NCBI GenBank assembly: GCA_964247055.1
Contig: OZ176056.1
Coordinates: forward strand, 6,572,001 to 6,636,000
DNA length: 64,000 bases
Reading direction: 5' to 3'
Source: Paragordius varius
Lineage: Eukaryota > Animalia > Nematomorpha
Below are positions 62,601 through 64,000 of the stretch, piece after piece (positions within the stretch are counted from its first letter, which is position 1; every line of letters begins with the position of its first letter). Both the position numbers and the translations under genes were made by a program. The notes under the pieces are model-generated. The model was not told where the DNA came from. It searched no databases and worked only from the letters and a program-made list of their open reading frames with translations.

Positions 62601-63248
62601 GTATGATTAGAAATAATGAAAAAAATGCCGAAATTGGTTCATATACGGCTTAATAAATAAATTTATTATAAAAATCCCAAAAGTAATCTCATAACGTTTG
62701 TTTTGCATCTATGATTAAATTTATATTGTACATCTTCTATTAATCAAACCTCAGCGACCAAAACTTCTTTAACTCTATACCCTAAATTCTTACAGTCAAC
62801 AATGTAAGGGCCAATCCACTCCTGGGTATAAACATGCAGTCATTAAAAACATAAACTTTGGGAATAGTTTTATTTTTTTGATTTTTTGATAGCAGATTAT
62901 AAAAAATCGAATTTATAACTAATCAACTCATCCATACTTGTGGAGCTTTTTCAATAGCTTTAAACTAAATTTATAAACGAGTGTTAAAGCCTTCACATGT
63001 CCGGATACAATTTAAGTCCTTACCCTTTAATAAAAAAGGAAAAAAGAGACTCTAAACTGTATATTTATATTTATATTTTATAATCAAAGTACAACCATAC
63101 TAAGCTTTAAAATAATAATAATACTTTGAGAGAAGTTAGCATATGTGGGTATGTTTGATTCTGCAGAATTATGTGTAAGGTTGGCCACATGATATATGGA
63201 TCCAGCTTCACGGAGTTTTCTTCTTTGTTTCTCTTCAACTATCCGTTT
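57785..63248 (-). CDS. TUB: Tubby / TULP family protein; 11 exons, 604 aa recovered, 5'-partial
   Basis: Exons: 63248-63125, 61900-61745, 61666-61550, 60668-60442, 60378-59815, 59685-59573, 59162-59054, 58991-58893, 58462-58375, 58141-58058, 57918-57785; phases consistent. Tubby domain: [79 protein letters not shown], and the C-terminus FDSKLACE*. Confidence 0.96.
59206..59456. mobile_element. Same MITE family, in a tubby intron
   Basis: TA|CCATTTACAG...GTAAATGG|TA; about 2+2 units. Confidence 0.88.
59815..60668 (-). CDS. TUB: Tubby exons 60668-60442 and 60378-59815 (spacer plus start of tubby domain)
   Basis: These match ORFs 60409..60660 and 59743..60198 and are separated by a 63-nt intron. 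Confidence 0.92.
61167..61454. mobile_element. hAT MITE in a tubby intron
   Basis: CAGGGGCGTCCAACACAAATGGCTT matches the start of the 16754 copy; the right end is degenerate. Confidence 0.68.
61550..61900 (-). CDS. TUB: Two tubby N-terminal low-complexity exons (61900-61745, 61666-61550)
   Basis: Both have open frames bounded by AG/GT, phase 1/1, and chain to 60668. There is no homology support. Confidence 0.72.
63125..63248 (-). CDS. TUB: Tubby N-terminal exon with IFT-A-binding-like helix
   Basis: [14 protein letters not shown] resembles QRALLEQKQKKKR of vertebrate TUB/TULP3; catatAG acceptor and a phase-1 donor that fits the next exon. Confidence 0.8.
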
Positions 63249-64000
63249 CTATATGATTATAACGGAAATCGATAGTCAGAAAAATAAAATTAATTCTTTC
63301 AGAATTATTGGGATGATGTCAAGTAATTGAATTGGCTTACAAAAATTGGATATTAGATAATAAGGGACATTTGTTTGAAAATAAAAATTGTCCTATCTTA
63401 GGATCGAATTGGAATAAATGCACACATGCAATTCCAGACAATGGTAGTTAATGATAGATATTTTAGGTTTTTTGAAATCTTCTTAGATTTATGTATTATA
63501 TACATGTAACATTATTACTAAAATATAGGTATTTGTAGAGCCATGTAATTATAAATACATACATACAATAAATAAAAATTTATATTTATATACATAGGCA
63601 AATATATATTATATACATTATCGATTTTTTAATAAGATGATGATGGTTTTAGATACAATTTTATGCGTTACTAATAAATAAATTTTATCATTATAGTGTT
63701 AAGAATACTAGGATACAATCAGTATTTTACTAGGGTGTTTTTAGAATAAATCATTGCTAAATATTTCAGTAAAGCCGTATTTATCTGTTTAAAAATCCTT
63801 TAAATTGGGCAACAGAAAATAAAATAAATTTTAGGTGCCAGTATGAGTGTTTATATTTCGTTATACTTGTTATGTAAGATTAGTTGACCGTTTTAAAACA
63901 ATCGGGCTGGATGCTTAAATATGCGGTCACTTGTGTTAACTCTAATGAAACAAACATCACCAAATTTATAAAATTTCTAACTTTTATGTAACAAATAATT

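Noticed and set aside
63250-64000. First coding exon(s) of tubby
   Set aside because: The best donor (GTAAGC near 63340) has an in-frame stop just upstream in the required phase; no convincing start exon was found.

Overview
Very AT-rich eukaryotic (metazoan-type) genomic DNA with GT-AG introns and the standard code; no prokaryotic features, rRNA, tRNA or CRISPR arrays were seen. Two minus-strand spliced genes were reconstructed by hand with consistent exon phases. (1) A type IV diacylglycerol kinase (DGKzeta/iota, rdgA-like), 19 exons from 24972 down to 133. It runs off the window start and encodes at least about 2350 aa because of large low-complexity insertions. (2) A tubby-family gene, 11 exons from 63248 down to the stop at 57785, missing its 5' end. 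The 33 kb between them and the introns are filled with transposon relics: a full-length but dead Ty3/Gypsy LTR element, a 5'-truncated RTE-type LINE, two decayed Mos1-like mariners, several hAT- and TA-target MITE families, two ~1.2-kb foldback palindromes, nested insertions, and a hAT MITE carrying a ~155-bp satellite array. I found no clearly novel biological system. The most interesting items are the inflated DGK, the satellite-carrying MITE, the foldback pair and a possible unannotated gene near 53.8-54.9 kb. All alignments were done by eye, and the organism cannot be identified from the sequence alone.
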